Virus record (IMG/VR): IMGVR_UViG_3300025141_016305
Span: 64,001-128,000 of that record
Length of the DNA: 64,000 nt
From: a virus
Reading direction: 5' to 3' (one strand)
In this document: one piece after another, positions 49,638 through 59,243 of the stretch
How the letters are laid out: each line of letters begins with the position of its first letter
How positions within the stretch are numbered: position 1 is the stretch's first letter
Notes under the pieces: generated by a model
The model's database searches: none
What the model saw: the letters and a program-made list of their open reading frames with translations, nothing else
What the model was told of the DNA's origin: nothing
Translations under genes and position numbers: made by a program

Positions 49638-51032
49638 TTAATTAACAGTGTTATATTTGCTGTTAATGTATTCCTCTGATTCGTGATCTAAAAATCTTAT
49701 TTTAAATTGGGCTAAGTTCAACTTGTTAAATGTACATTGCAAGTCCCCTGTTGTCAAGAGTGCAAGATCAGTTGAAATTCCCTTTGCCGCATTCATAAGA
49801 TTCCACAGGGCTGGGCCTGTTGCTGTCTCATGATGGTGCATCGCTAACGTTCGGTTAAATTCGGTCTGAAATGTTATGACATTGTTGATTATTCTTGTTG
49901 TCTCTTCAACTAATTTCACAATTTGCTCAAGTGCCATTTCCAAATTAGACCCAAGAACCATTGGTTGTTGAGGCAGGTCCTGGTCGGGGTGAGTTACTTT
50001 TTTCCCATTATTAGCAACCAGATGAATACCAACATCTGATGCATTGATTTGGTTGCCTTGCGAATTCACGGTCTCATGATTTCCTCTGGTTATAAATTTA
50101 ATATTTTGCCTTGCATGCATCCTTACTCTATCTGCTTTGAGCATAATGGCAGAAGCTGGTGCACCAGGATTATCAATTTTTGTATTTCTATAGGAAAGGA
50201 GCCCAAAGTCATCATATGCGACCATCTCTTTCTTTAGCGGTTTTGAGATTTTAAAATATTCATCAACATCTGTCATTTGACTTATATATATGCGGGCTGC
50301 GTCCATCATCATCCCGGGGTGAATTCCATCACTTAAACGCTTCCCTTGCAAGGAATTGGATCTAACAGTATTATATAAAGGACCAAGAACAATTGGCTTT
50401 CCAGTTCCAAAATCAGCTACTGGGAAAGGTGACATTCTACCTGCCACAATATCAATTGCACCAGCGGCCATATGGTCAGAATATCCAGATTTTTCGCTGC
50501 GGCTAAGAGAATCAGGTGACCAGTTTTCTGTTCTATCCGCCGGGTTCCTATCTCTACCTAAGCAGATCAAAGTATTATTCGCTCCTTGAAGTACAGTATC
50601 CGTTTCCCTATTAAAAAACTCCGGTATTACATGACTTTCGTCAAGTGGCCTATTTCCACTACCATCTGCGGGGGTGTCCGAGGGTCCAGCTAAAAACGAA
50701 AAAGCAGAATCCAAAGGCTTAAAAGAAAAATGGTTTCTCGGTATGCCTTTTGTTTGTACCTTTTTTGTACTATTTTCTGGTGTCCTCTCTTGTGGGCCGG
50801 ATCCAGGGGAAGATGCTGGCGGCTCGTCAGGTGGTGGGCTTTCTCCTCGCAATTTCGCGCCATGAGCCATGGCCCGATCAAAATCTTCTCTCCTGGCTTG
50901 GGCCGCGGTCTCTCTACGCTCAGCGCTTCGCCGCGCAGATTGTTCGAGGCGCAAATCTTCCATAGCATCAGCCTCTGCCTGTGCGGCTCTAGACTTAAAA
51001 TCGTTACCGTTATTGTTGTCGTTATCTGCCAT
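49638..51032 (-). CDS. Baseplate spike/hub protein (gp5/gpV-like C-terminal part)
   Basis: DTVLQGANNTLICLG, AIMLKADRVRMHARQNIKF, QPMVLGxxL and a C-terminal HHHETATGP (HxH metal site of phage spikes). Confidence 0.6.
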   Translation of the reverse strand: MADNDNNNGNDFKSRAAQAEADAMEDLRLEQSARRSAERRETAAQARREDFDRAMAHGAKLRGESPPPDEPPASSPGSGPQERTPENSTKKVQTKGIPRNHFSFKPLDSAFSFLAGPSDTPADGSGNRPLDESHVIPEFFNRETDTVLQGANNTLICLGRDRNPADRTENWSPDSLSRSEKSGYSDHMAAGAIDIVAGRMSPFPVADFGTGKPIVLGPLYNTVRSNSLQGKRLSDGIHPGMMMDAARIYISQMTDVDEYFKISKPLKKEMVAYDDFGLLSYRNTKIDNPGAPASAIMLKADRVRMHARQNIKFITRGNHETVNSQGNQINASDVGIHLVANNGKKVTHPDQDLPQQPMVLGSNLEMALEQIVKLVEETTRIINNVITFQTEFNRTLAMHHHETATGPALWNLMNAAKGISTDLALLTTGDLQCTFNKLNLAQFKIRFLDHESEEYINSKYNTVN

Positions 51033-51044
51033 TTTCTTTCTCTT

Positions 51045-51725
51045 TTATCTGATCGATTTTAAGATGCCAATACTAAAATTGTGTTTATTGGGAAATTCAA
51101 CTGCAGCCATCGCGCCGTTGCGAAGTCCATCAGCTTTATTAACGGAATAGAATCTAGGAAACCTATCCAATCTTTTAATTTGTTTTGGTACAGTTTTATA
51201 CCACTCTGGAGGCACAACTGCACCGGTGGCGTCTTTCTCGACGTACTCATCAGCGTCCATCTCAATACCTTCAAGAGTAAACAAGCCGGAATCGGCCACA
51301 CTACTAAATGGTTTGTCTGGATTAAGAATCGACGCGTCCGAGGGATCCATCAAAGTCATTTCTGAAATAAATCTATCAATTAATTTCATTTCTGGCAACG
51401 GCAAGCATCCTGAAATTTCTGGTATATACACTATTGCCTCTACTATGTTTGCATCTTTTGCATCTTCTGGTGTTTTGCTGCCCATCACCAAAGACAAGAA
51501 TGTATTATCATGTTTTTCCCAAAAAGTTTTATAATCCATATAAGACCAGTGCATGATTATGCCGTTGTAAGTTTGAGATGGCTTGTCTAGGCCCTTGGTA
51601 TTAGGGTGCCTAGGCTCTAACCCTTCTAAGGCATATCTCATAGGGTTGTATCTAAGATTCATCTGATCAGATGGTTGTCTTTTTTTGTCTCTTTCTTCTA
51701 CTGGGCCTGAACCGTAACCTGACAT
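51045..51725 (-). CDS. Hypothetical protein, possibly baseplate-associated
   Basis: 226-aa ORF with GAGGAG RBS upstream of the spike gene. Confidence 0.65.
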   Translation of the reverse strand: MSGYGSGPVEERDKKRQPSDQMNLRYNPMRYALEGLEPRHPNTKGLDKPSQTYNGIIMHWSYMDYKTFWEKHDNTFLSLVMGSKTPEDAKDANIVEAIVYIPEISGCLPLPEMKLIDRFISEMTLMDPSDASILNPDKPFSSVADSGLFTLEGIEMDADEYVEKDATGAVVPPEWYKTVPKQIKRLDRFPRFYSVNKADGLRNGAMAAVEFPNKHNFSIGILKSIR

Positions 51726-51726
51726 C

Positions 51727-52026
51727 TTACTCCTCCTCTTGATCCTGATTTATTAAATCAAAAAGTTCTTGCTTATCTTCTTCCGATATTCCTTCTTTGT
51801 TGTTTTCCTTCTTTTGCATTAAACCTGCCAACTTTACTAGTTGTTCATTTGATCTTTGTAGGGTTTCTAAGTATTTTGCAGCGATTAATCCAACTTCTTT
51901 ATGTCTATCATCAGATATCTGCATGTATTTTAAAAGATTCATAAGCAGGCTTTTTGTGGCTGCTCGATCATCAACTATGTTTTTCGTTGCATCTTCAATG
52001 AAGTCTATAACTGTCTTTTTTGCCAT
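51727..52026 (-). CDS. Hypothetical helical protein (99 aa)
   Basis: ORF immediately preceded by a late-motif variant (CTAATTAAAA) with no obvious RBS. Confidence 0.7.
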   Translation of the reverse strand: MAKKTVIDFIEDATKNIVDDRAATKSLLMNLLKYMQISDDRHKEVGLIAAKYLETLQRSNEQLVKLAGLMQKKENNKEGISEEDKQELFDLINQDQEEE

Positions 52027-52054
52027 ATTTTAATTAGGTATGTGCTAAATTTTA

Positions 52055-52750
52055 CTATTCTTTATCCCACTTTGTTTTAAACAATCTATACTTTTCTCTT
52101 AATTTATTTAGATTATTTACAACTTGTTTTGTATTAAGGCCTGTTAATTCTCTCAAGTACAAATAAACCGCCTTCTTGTTGAATATTTCAATGTCCTCTA
52201 TATTGTGCAGGAGAACTTTTACAGCCTCAAGAACAGATTTTTCGTTTGGTTTTAAATTGCCGTTGTCCCACTTGTCAACTTGGCTTAGCAAACTGTTCCA
52301 AAATTCTATCTCTGTGCGTCTTTCTATATATGAATCAACTTCTGTGTCGGAGGTTCCATTTAGGACATCGGCTCCTCCATTTTCTACAAGGTTCTCATAC
52401 GAAACCTCTCTTTTAATTTTTTTAGAATTCTTTTTTACTTTGTGAATAAACCAATTTTTTGTAACAACAGAGAAATAAGAAAAAGCTTTTGACCCCTTGT
52501 TTGGGTCATATTTTTCTAATATCGTAGTTAGCCAAACTTTACAATCTTCCCTTAAAGAATCAATATTTGGAAGTGTATTGAACTTATAAGTAAAAATGAT
52601 TTTATTAACCATCTCATCAAAAGCAGGCTGGATTAGAGATCCATATAGTTTTTCTCTTTCCTTTTTGCAATTAGTTGATGCATAGCTTACTATTGCATCT
52701 TCATGTAATTTTGTAAAATAATCATTTTTCTTACTTTTCCTTCTTCTCAT
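52055..52750 (-). CDS. Phage sigma factor, T4 gp55-like (late transcription)
   Basis: Region-2-like DCKVWLTTILEKYDPNKGSKAFSYFSVVTKN, comparable to the gp55-family FDPxK...FAYFT motif; C-terminal HTH-like YLYLRELTGLNTKQVVNNLNKLR. Confidence 0.75.
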   Translation of the reverse strand: MRRRKSKKNDYFTKLHEDAIVSYASTNCKKEREKLYGSLIQPAFDEMVNKIIFTYKFNTLPNIDSLREDCKVWLTTILEKYDPNKGSKAFSYFSVVTKNWFIHKVKKNSKKIKREVSYENLVENGGADVLNGTSDTEVDSYIERRTEIEFWNSLLSQVDKWDNGNLKPNEKSVLEAVKVLLHNIEDIEIFNKKAVYLYLRELTGLNTKQVVNNLNKLREKYRLFKTKWDKE

Positions 52751-53047
52751 TTAGTCTTCACCTAATCCAATTTCTTTTGTTTCTTTTGACTCGTTCAATA
52801 CCAAGTCCAGTCCACCTAGTATTGCTACTAACTCTCTACTATGCTCTAAAAGGTTGTGTAATGTGGTGTCACCATAAAACATTTCAAGTTCATGAATGCT
52901 ATTAATATGACTAGAAAAATCTGTGATCATCTCTGACAATGACTCCATATCTTGATTAGCTGTTGCTATAATTTGCAATAACCATCTTACATATAGCATT
53001 AAAACTAAAACTATCAATAAACTCACTATAAACAACCAAAACCACAT
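52751..53047 (-). CDS. Membrane-anchored hypothetical protein
   Basis: N-terminal TM (MWFWLFIVSLLIVLVLMLYV) followed by a helical domain. Confidence 0.7.
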   Translation of the reverse strand: MWFWLFIVSLLIVLVLMLYVRWLLQIIATANQDMESLSEMITDFSSHINSIHELEMFYGDTTLHNLLEHSRELVAILGGLDLVLNESKETKEIGLGED

Positions 53048-53295
53048 TACAATTCCTTATTTTTTAATTTTTGTTTTTCACTCTTCATTTCTTGCTTGGT
53101 TCTTTTGATATAATCATCTACAACCTGGCCAGTCTTTGAAGAATTAAAATTTGAAGTCTTTATGTCTAAAATTGCAGGGACCTTGTAAATATTTTCTCCT
53201 CCGCACAAAATGCACGCATTTTGCCCATCAAACATACTATGTTTCACTTCAAACGTTTCAAGACAATCCTTGCATTTATAAACATAGACCGGCAC
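53047..53295 (-). CDS. FmdB-family zinc-ribbon protein
   Basis: MPVYVYKCKDC..FE......CILCG signature. Confidence 0.85.
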   Translation of the reverse strand: MPVYVYKCKDCLETFEVKHSMFDGQNACILCGGENIYKVPAILDIKTSNFNSSKTGQVVDDYIKRTKQEMKSEKQKLKNKEL

Positions 53296-53516
53296 TAATC
53301 AGAGCCCACAGTAGTGTTGGTCTCTTCTAGGCGATGCAAACTATTTTCGTTTTCGACCTTAAAATTTGGAGGATTAGTAACAACAAGTTCGCTCTGACTT
53401 GGGTCACTTACCACAAAATTAAATGATCTTAATACCGGTACAATATCTGTTTGTTCTAGTAAAGATTTTTGTAGGGCCATCATGATGGCTCCCATTGCTT
53501 GGTCTGATAATTTCAT
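53295..53516 (-). CDS. Hypothetical protein (73 aa)
   Basis: Tightly packed ORF with an AGGAG RBS. Confidence 0.7.
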   Translation of the reverse strand: MKLSDQAMGAIMMALQKSLLEQTDIVPVLRSFNFVVSDPSQSELVVTNPPNFKVENENSLHRLEETNTTVGSD

Positions 53517-53517
53517 A

Positions 53518-54489
53518 TTACATATTCTCCTTTATCTTTTTGAAATCACTCTCATACATAATTTTGGCTAATTTCTTAAATGTTACTTTTGGCTGCCAAC
53601 CCAATACTCTTTTTGCCTTTGAACTATCGCCCAACAAAAGCGGTACTTCATGTGGTCTAAATAATCTTTCATCTATTTTAACATGCTTATCTACATCTAG
53701 GCCTGCTATAGTAAAAACTTCTTCCAAAAATTCTTTAACAGTATGTGTTTCCCCAGTTGAAATAACATAATCATCAGGGTATTTTTGTTGCAACATAAGC
53801 CACATTGCTTCAACATAGTCGCCGGCGAAACCCCAGTCACGTTTTGCTTCTAGGTTGCCCAAATATAAAGTATCCTGTAGGCCTAACTTGATCCTGGCTG
53901 CAGCAAGTGTTATCTTTCTAGTCACAAATGTTTCCCCTCGTTTAGGAGATTCGTGATTAAACAAGATACCAGAAGAAGCATGCATTCCGTACCCGGTCCT
54001 ATAATTATTCACTAAATTATGAGCAAACAATTTTGCACATGCATATGGAGATGCCGGCTGGAACGCTGTCTTTTCTGATTGTGGCACTTCTGGATTATCT
54101 CCAAACATCTCAGACGATGAGGCTTGATAGAATTTGCAATTCGGCCGGAGTTCTCTTAGTGCATTTAAAATTTTTAATGTGCCCATCGCGATGCCGTCGA
54201 CCGTATTTTCAGGTATATCGAAAGATACTCTAACGTGAGATTGTGCCGCAAGATTGTAGAATTCATCTGGCTTGTATTTATTGATTAATTTCCACACAGA
54301 CCCTGCATCATTTAGATCAAAAAACTCCATATGAAACCTGGGGTGACCGAAGACATGATCTACTCTTCCAGTGTTGAAAGAGGAGCTTCTTCTTTTGAGA
54401 CCTATAACTCTATATTTTTTATTCAATAAAAATTCGGCCAGATAGGCGCCGTCTTGGCCTGTGATTCCTGTGATCAATGCTGTTTTCAT
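53518..54489 (-). CDS. gmd: GDP-mannose 4,6-dehydratase
   Basis: [62 protein letters not shown]. Confidence 0.96.
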   Translation of the reverse strand: MKTALITGITGQDGAYLAEFLLNKKYRVIGLKRRSSSFNTGRVDHVFGHPRFHMEFFDLNDAGSVWKLINKYKPDEFYNLAAQSHVRVSFDIPENTVDGIAMGTLKILNALRELRPNCKFYQASSSEMFGDNPEVPQSEKTAFQPASPYACAKLFAHNLVNNYRTGYGMHASSGILFNHESPKRGETFVTRKITLAAARIKLGLQDTLYLGNLEAKRDWGFAGDYVEAMWLMLQQKYPDDYVISTGETHTVKEFLEEVFTIAGLDVDKHVKIDERLFRPHEVPLLLGDSSKAKRVLGWQPKVTFKKLAKIMYESDFKKIKENM

Positions 54490-54491
54490 CT

Positions 54492-55493
54492 TTATTCCTT
54501 ATTTAGTTCTTCATTTAAAATATCTACAATTTTATCTGCGGAATTGCCGTCACCATATGGACATGGTAAATCTATAGACCAATCTGATTTTACCTTTTCA
54601 AAGGCCCTCTTTAGTTCCTTGGGCTTGGCGCACATAAACGCAAAACTACCTATACCCTCTAACCTCTCTGTCTGTTCTCTACAAACAATGCATTTTTTTT
54701 TCAGAAACGATGTTTCTTCTTGTAATCCGCCTGAGTCTGTTATGACAAACCTTGTTGTTGCCAAAATAGATATAAATTCACTATACTCCATTGGCTCGAT
54801 AATATTAACGTCTGATAGTAGATGTTTATGTTTTTGTACATTTGGATTAGGGTGTAAGGGTATTATAAAATCTAAATGCTTGTTATTTTTTGCAATATTG
54901 TTTATTTCTTTAAACCACATGTGCATTTGTTGATGGTTTTCTCTTCTATGCATAGTTACTACAACTTTATTAGAATAAGTTGGAACTAGATCTTTCAAAT
55001 TATCTAAAACTGTATTGCCTACTACTTCAATTCTTCCCTGCGTGGATTCATCGAGAAGAAATTTTTTCGATGTCTCAGTTGGGCACAGGTGTAAATCAGC
55101 AATTCTAGAAATAGCCTGCCTATTAAACTCTTCTGGATATGGTTGTAATTTATTATAAGTTCTTAGACCTGCTTCGAGATGTACAACTTTTATCTTTCTG
55201 TGAAATGCAGCCAAGGCCACCGCAAAGGCCGAGGTAGTGTCTCCTTGTACTAGTACCGCCTTTACGCCTTTGAACACTTCGTCTTGGTTCATTATGGAAG
55301 ACACAATTGAATCAAGTCTATTTTTTCCATGAACAATAGATAATCTAATTATATCCCCTTCCTCTGCTATAATCTTTCGTAGCAAATCTTCATGTTGCCC
55401 TGTAAACAACAATTTATAAGGCAGATTAATCTTGGCCAATATTGGTTTAATTTTTATAAACTCGGGCCTAGTCCCAAAAGATACTAATATCAC
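54492..55493 (-). CDS. wecB: UDP-N-acetylglucosamine 2-epimerase (non-hydrolysing type)
   Basis: [46 protein letters not shown], TERxE, PYGDG; start moved to GTG 55493. Confidence 0.92.
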   Translation of the reverse strand: MILVSFGTRPEFIKIKPILAKINLPYKLLFTGQHEDLLRKIIAEEGDIIRLSIVHGKNRLDSIVSSIMNQDEVFKGVKAVLVQGDTTSAFAVALAAFHRKIKVVHLEAGLRTYNKLQPYPEEFNRQAISRIADLHLCPTETSKKFLLDESTQGRIEVVGNTVLDNLKDLVPTYSNKVVVTMHRRENHQQMHMWFKEINNIAKNNKHLDFIIPLHPNPNVQKHKHLLSDVNIIEPMEYSEFISILATTRFVITDSGGLQEETSFLKKKCIVCREQTERLEGIGSFAFMCAKPKELKRAFEKVKSDWSIDLPCPYGDGNSADKIVDILNEELNKE

Positions 55494-55494
55494 T

Positions 55495-55800
55495 TTATAA
55501 CTCTTCTTCAAAAAAAGTATCAGAAGTAATTGCCTTATCACATATGAATAAATCATAGATCGGCTTCTTTAAAATTAGGTCATGATACTTAACACCCCAC
55601 TTTTTAAATTGTTTTTGTGTTGTTTCTGTCCAGTCTATACCTGAACCAGTGCCGCGGGCGGTCCAATAAATAATCTGATTACCTTGGTCAAAAAGTTCGT
55701 TTATTTTTGATATGCGATTCTTCAGCGGTGTAGCTTTTGAATAATCTCTATTCGGCGGTGAGGAACAAATTGTCTCATCTATATCAACATAAATTATCAT
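55495..55800 (-). CDS. Small HAD-family phosphatase (capsule-biosynthesis type)
   Basis: YVDIDETI (DxD), YWTARG, KP...ICDKA. Confidence 0.8.
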   Translation of the reverse strand: MIIYVDIDETICSSPPNRDYSKATPLKNRISKINELFDQGNQIIYWTARGTGSGIDWTETTQKQFKKWGVKYHDLILKKPIYDLFICDKAITSDTFFEEEL

Positions 55801-56621
55801 TATTTTCCTCTTAGGCTTTCTCTTTTGGAAAGCTCTGAACCCAATACTTGTCTTGGGCCGGGATTTCCAAAAGATTTTTCAATATCTCTGATTCCTTTTA
55901 CAAGCTTCATTAAGCCAATTGGTTCTACTGACGCCATCTGATCGCTGCCCCACATTGTTCTGTCTAAAGTTATGTGTCGTTCGACCCATGTGCAGCCCAT
56001 GGCGACTGCTGCAAATGTGGTAACTAAACCATATTCATGGCCGCTATAGCCTATATCTTTATTGACGTTTTTACTGGAAAGGTGATGAATATAGTTCAGG
56101 TTTAATTCTTCTATTTTTGAAGGGTAGGAAGAGTTTGTATGCATTATAACATCCGGATCGCAAACATCTACGCACAATGAAATTTCCTCCTCCGTACTCA
56201 TTCCTGTGGAAATTATCAAATTATCACAATTTTGTCTTGCGTATAAACAAAGTTCAAGATCGGTTATAAGTGCAGATGGGATTTTCATTATAGAAGTATA
56301 TTGTTTCATGAAATCAACTGATGGCTTATCCCATACAGATGCGAATAATTTTACTTTCTTAGTTTCTGCATATTTATACAAATCATCATATTGTTCTTTT
56401 TCAAATTCGATCCTATTTTTATAATCAATATATTTCATCTCGCCCCAGGGTGTAGAGCGCATTTTATCTTTCTGATGTTCTGGGACGCAAAGTTCTGGTG
56501 TTCTTTTTTGAAACTTTGCATAATCACATCCGGAAACTTCGGCCAAATCAATTAGCTTTTTTGCCAATTCAATATCGCCATTGTGGTTTATTCCAATTTC
56601 TGCTATTATTTTAACTGCCAT
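55800..56621 (-). CDS. neuB: Nonulosonic (sialic) acid synthase, NeuB family, lacking the C-terminal antifreeze-like domain
   Basis: IAEIGINHNGD, AKFQK, KIPS, ISTGMS, HxxSxYP, GYSGHE, VERHITLDR, GSDQ; only 273 aa. Confidence 0.92.
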   Translation of the reverse strand: MAVKIIAEIGINHNGDIELAKKLIDLAEVSGCDYAKFQKRTPELCVPEHQKDKMRSTPWGEMKYIDYKNRIEFEKEQYDDLYKYAETKKVKLFASVWDKPSVDFMKQYTSIMKIPSALITDLELCLYARQNCDNLIISTGMSTEEEISLCVDVCDPDVIMHTNSSYPSKIEELNLNYIHHLSSKNVNKDIGYSGHEYGLVTTFAAVAMGCTWVERHITLDRTMWGSDQMASVEPIGLMKLVKGIRDIEKSFGNPGPRQVLGSELSKRESLRGK

Positions 56622-57255
56622 GTTTATTCTTGAATTCCTCTAAATCACTAAGAGTATCTATATCAATAACTTTTGGTATCTTGTAATATAAAGTATCTTT
56701 ATTATACAGGTTGTTGTTTAGGTTTTTAATCTCATTTGTTTTAAATATACTAATCATATGACATATTTTAAAACATTTGGGATAATCTTGCCTCCTATAG
56801 TAATCGTGCGGGACTATTTGAGAGCCCCTATTGTTATCCTCTTCTTTTAGAAATAAATAAGGACTAACATCTATTTCTTCTCTGCACAATAAAGATAGAG
56901 CTTTATTGCACTTAAACCATTCATACGCCTTCAATACATCTTCCCATTTTCTTTCTGGGTATGTCAAATACAGCATTATTACATCTCCAGATAATTGACA
57001 ATCTTCAACAACTTCCTCGACACACTGTAATGTGGAAGCTGTGTCTTTTGCGCTTTTAGCACTACGATTGTGAATATTGCACATTGCAAAATCACTGCGT
57101 ACGCGGGCAATAATCGATGGATCATCTGTACTAACAAAGACCTTATCACGATATTGTTTTGGGATCTTATTTAGCGTGGCATCTAACAGTATTTGATTTT
57201 TTTTTGGCAGGCCTTTGGAGCCCTTTCTGGCTGGTATGATAATGTTGAAGTTCAT
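56611..57255 (-). CDS. neuA: CMP-nonulosonic acid synthetase (acylneuraminate cytidylyltransferase)
   Basis: IIPARKGSKGLPKKN, VSTDD, RRQD, IDIDTLSD. Confidence 0.88.
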   Translation of the reverse strand: MNFNIIIPARKGSKGLPKKNQILLDATLNKIPKQYRDKVFVSTDDPSIIARVRSDFAMCNIHNRSAKSAKDTASTLQCVEEVVEDCQLSGDVIMLYLTYPERKWEDVLKAYEWFKCNKALSLLCREEIDVSPYLFLKEEDNNRGSQIVPHDYYRRQDYPKCFKICHMISIFKTNEIKNLNNNLYNKDTLYYKIPKVIDIDTLSDLEEFKNKHGS

Positions 57256-57258
57256 TTT

Positions 57259-57903
57259 TCATCTATTTGCTTTTTCATATATGGGAAACTGTGATAAGTC
57301 TTTATGAATCCCTGAAGTTTCTAGATCTTCATTGTAATCCTCTATATTTTTGAATAGCTCCAAGCCCTCTGCCGCTTGTTCCGGGGGCATATACATATTC
57401 CACCCTATCATGTCGAAAGAGTCGTCCTTGTAAAGTTTATCTATATGGCGACCTTCATATCTAGCTACCTTGAACCAGTCGTATGCTTTTTTATCGTTTG
57501 TAAGAATCATTCCACCTTTGCCAATTGGAATATGTTTTCTGCGGTGAAAAGAGAGACAATAATAAGAATCTTGCACGTACATGTCTTTTCTCATTCTGGT
57601 TGCTGCATCATAAACTGGGTATGGAGATAATTGATATTCTCCTGACCAATCTATATCTTTAAATTTTACCTGACAACCTGCGTGAATCACTGTGCACGGG
57701 ACGGATACATAGGTTCTTTTTGGGAGCGTAATTTCTCCTTCTGCTTTTAAATACTTTAAGCACAAAAACATCGCATCAGTACAATTATCAATGGCTACAG
57801 CATATTTGCTTCCCGCGTAATTTGCCATCTTCTTTTCAAAAAGATCGACCACATCCCATGGATCAGATAAATTATAATCCTTTATATACTTTTCTACTAA
57901 CAT
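57259..57903 (-). CDS. Short DegT/DnrJ/EryC1/StrS-family PLP aminotransferase
   Basis: YAVAIDNCTDAM, DAA, CLSFHRRKHIPIGKGGMILT (PLP Lys), GWNMYM. Start probably ATG 57903 (about 214 aa). Confidence 0.8.
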   Translation of the reverse strand: MLVEKYIKDYNLSDPWDVVDLFEKKMANYAGSKYAVAIDNCTDAMFLCLKYLKAEGEITLPKRTYVSVPCTVIHAGCQVKFKDIDWSGEYQLSPYPVYDAATRMRKDMYVQDSYYCLSFHRRKHIPIGKGGMILTNDKKAYDWFKVARYEGRHIDKLYKDDSFDMIGWNMYMPPEQAAEGLELFKNIEDYNEDLETSGIHKDLSQFPIYEKANR

Positions 57904-57905
57904 AA

Positions 57906-58568
57906 TTATTGCGGGTCTTCTACTCGTATTAACAAATTGCATGCATCGGCTTGATTAAAACATCGATCGATAATGCACTGCTCGTCAGTAAAGCGACCAG
58001 CAGCGTCGACGCAGTTTGCCCTAACACAATTAGCAAAGTTGATATAGGCATTCTGTGCAGCTGCACTATACCGGTCCATGCACATGCGGCTGCATTCCAC
58101 TTGTTCTTCTTCCATCATATATTGGCCACAATTTTCCTGATCAAAACAACCAACCAATTCAAGACACTCAGCTGCTACGGCGCGATCTACTCCGGTGTCG
58201 GGAAACTGACTATCACTGCCGGTGGATGGCTGATCCTCTTCTACTGCCGGAGTGAAGTCGCTCATCGGTGCGGTACCGCCTGTTGGCTCGGCGGATTCTT
58301 CTTCGGTCATAATTCCTGCCATGACGCTAGGGGAGTTTGGAGTTTCTTGGCCGGCCGAGGGAATGTATTCATTAACAGGTGGGGTTTGCGTGTTGCTTGG
58401 CGTACATCCGTACCGGCTGCCTTCGAGAGTTAATTGTTCAGTACACTCAAGCCCATCGCCACAGTCGAAATCGCCAGCATTGCAGTTGCCGCTAGGAATG
58501 TGCCTTTTTTCTTTTTCGCACCCAAAAAGAAAAATAAGTGTTGTTAATAGTATAAAAATTAATTTCAT
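57906..58568 (-). CDS. Cys-rich putative lipoprotein
   Basis: MKLIFILLTTLIFLFGC lipobox; small Cys cluster, acidic Pro/Thr linker, C-terminal helical domain with ten Cys. Confidence 0.75.
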   Translation of the reverse strand: MKLIFILLTTLIFLFGCEKEKRHIPSGNCNAGDFDCGDGLECTEQLTLEGSRYGCTPSNTQTPPVNEYIPSAGQETPNSPSVMAGIMTEEESAEPTGGTAPMSDFTPAVEEDQPSTGSDSQFPDTGVDRAVAAECLELVGCFDQENCGQYMMEEEQVECSRMCMDRYSAAAQNAYINFANCVRANCVDAAGRFTDEQCIIDRCFNQADACNLLIRVEDPQ

Positions 58569-58571
58569 TTT

Positions 58572-59228
58572 TTATCCTTTTTTTCTTGTCATCTTATCAT
58601 AATATTCGCCAACTTTAAATGATTTACCCGTGGTCGCAGTAGTGCCCGCGAAATCTTCATCATAGGCAAAACCAGGAATAACTCTAAAATCAAAACTAAC
58701 TCTTGTCGCACCTGTCTTATTGGTTTTGTTTCCGTGGCGGACTTGATTTAAATAAGCAAACAAAAATTCGCCATATTCCAACTCTATTGGCTTAAAGTCT
58801 CCTAGGCCTGGTAGGGTTTCTGACCAGATTGTATTAGTTCCGTAACATTTAGTGATGGGCAAAAAGATATTTACCTCTCCTAATGGGTGCTTATGGTTAG
58901 AATCCCCATCGCAGTGCCAAAGATAGACTGCTTTTGCCCCAGGTCTATGAAATCGAATGTTCGGATATTTTTGATATATAAGCGTATCGTCTTGAAACAA
59001 GGGAAATACAACCTTTCGAAGGAAAGAGGTATATAAGTTCTCGAATTCTGGCCAGCCATCATCAATCTTTTTATAGAAAGCTTTATGGAAAGGTGTGTGA
59101 GTATCCTCTCCTAGTGCCAAATTTTTCTTTCGATCGTGACTGTCTAAATCTTCTAGGGGCACCTCGTATAAGGCGCGTACAAGCTGGGAAAAAGGATATT
59201 TTTTTGTATCATACTTTATTATTTTCAT
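58572..59228 (-). CDS. 2OG-Fe(II) oxygenase (StrG-like)
   Basis: WHCD (HxD)...HGN...TRVSFDFR facial triad and 2OG-binding Arg. Confidence 0.75.
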   Translation of the reverse strand: MKIIKYDTKKYPFSQLVRALYEVPLEDLDSHDRKKNLALGEDTHTPFHKAFYKKIDDGWPEFENLYTSFLRKVVFPLFQDDTLIYQKYPNIRFHRPGAKAVYLWHCDGDSNHKHPLGEVNIFLPITKCYGTNTIWSETLPGLGDFKPIELEYGEFLFAYLNQVRHGNKTNKTGATRVSFDFRVIPGFAYDEDFAGTTATTGKSFKVGEYYDKMTRKKG

Positions 59229-59243
59229 TTATACTCTCCAATT

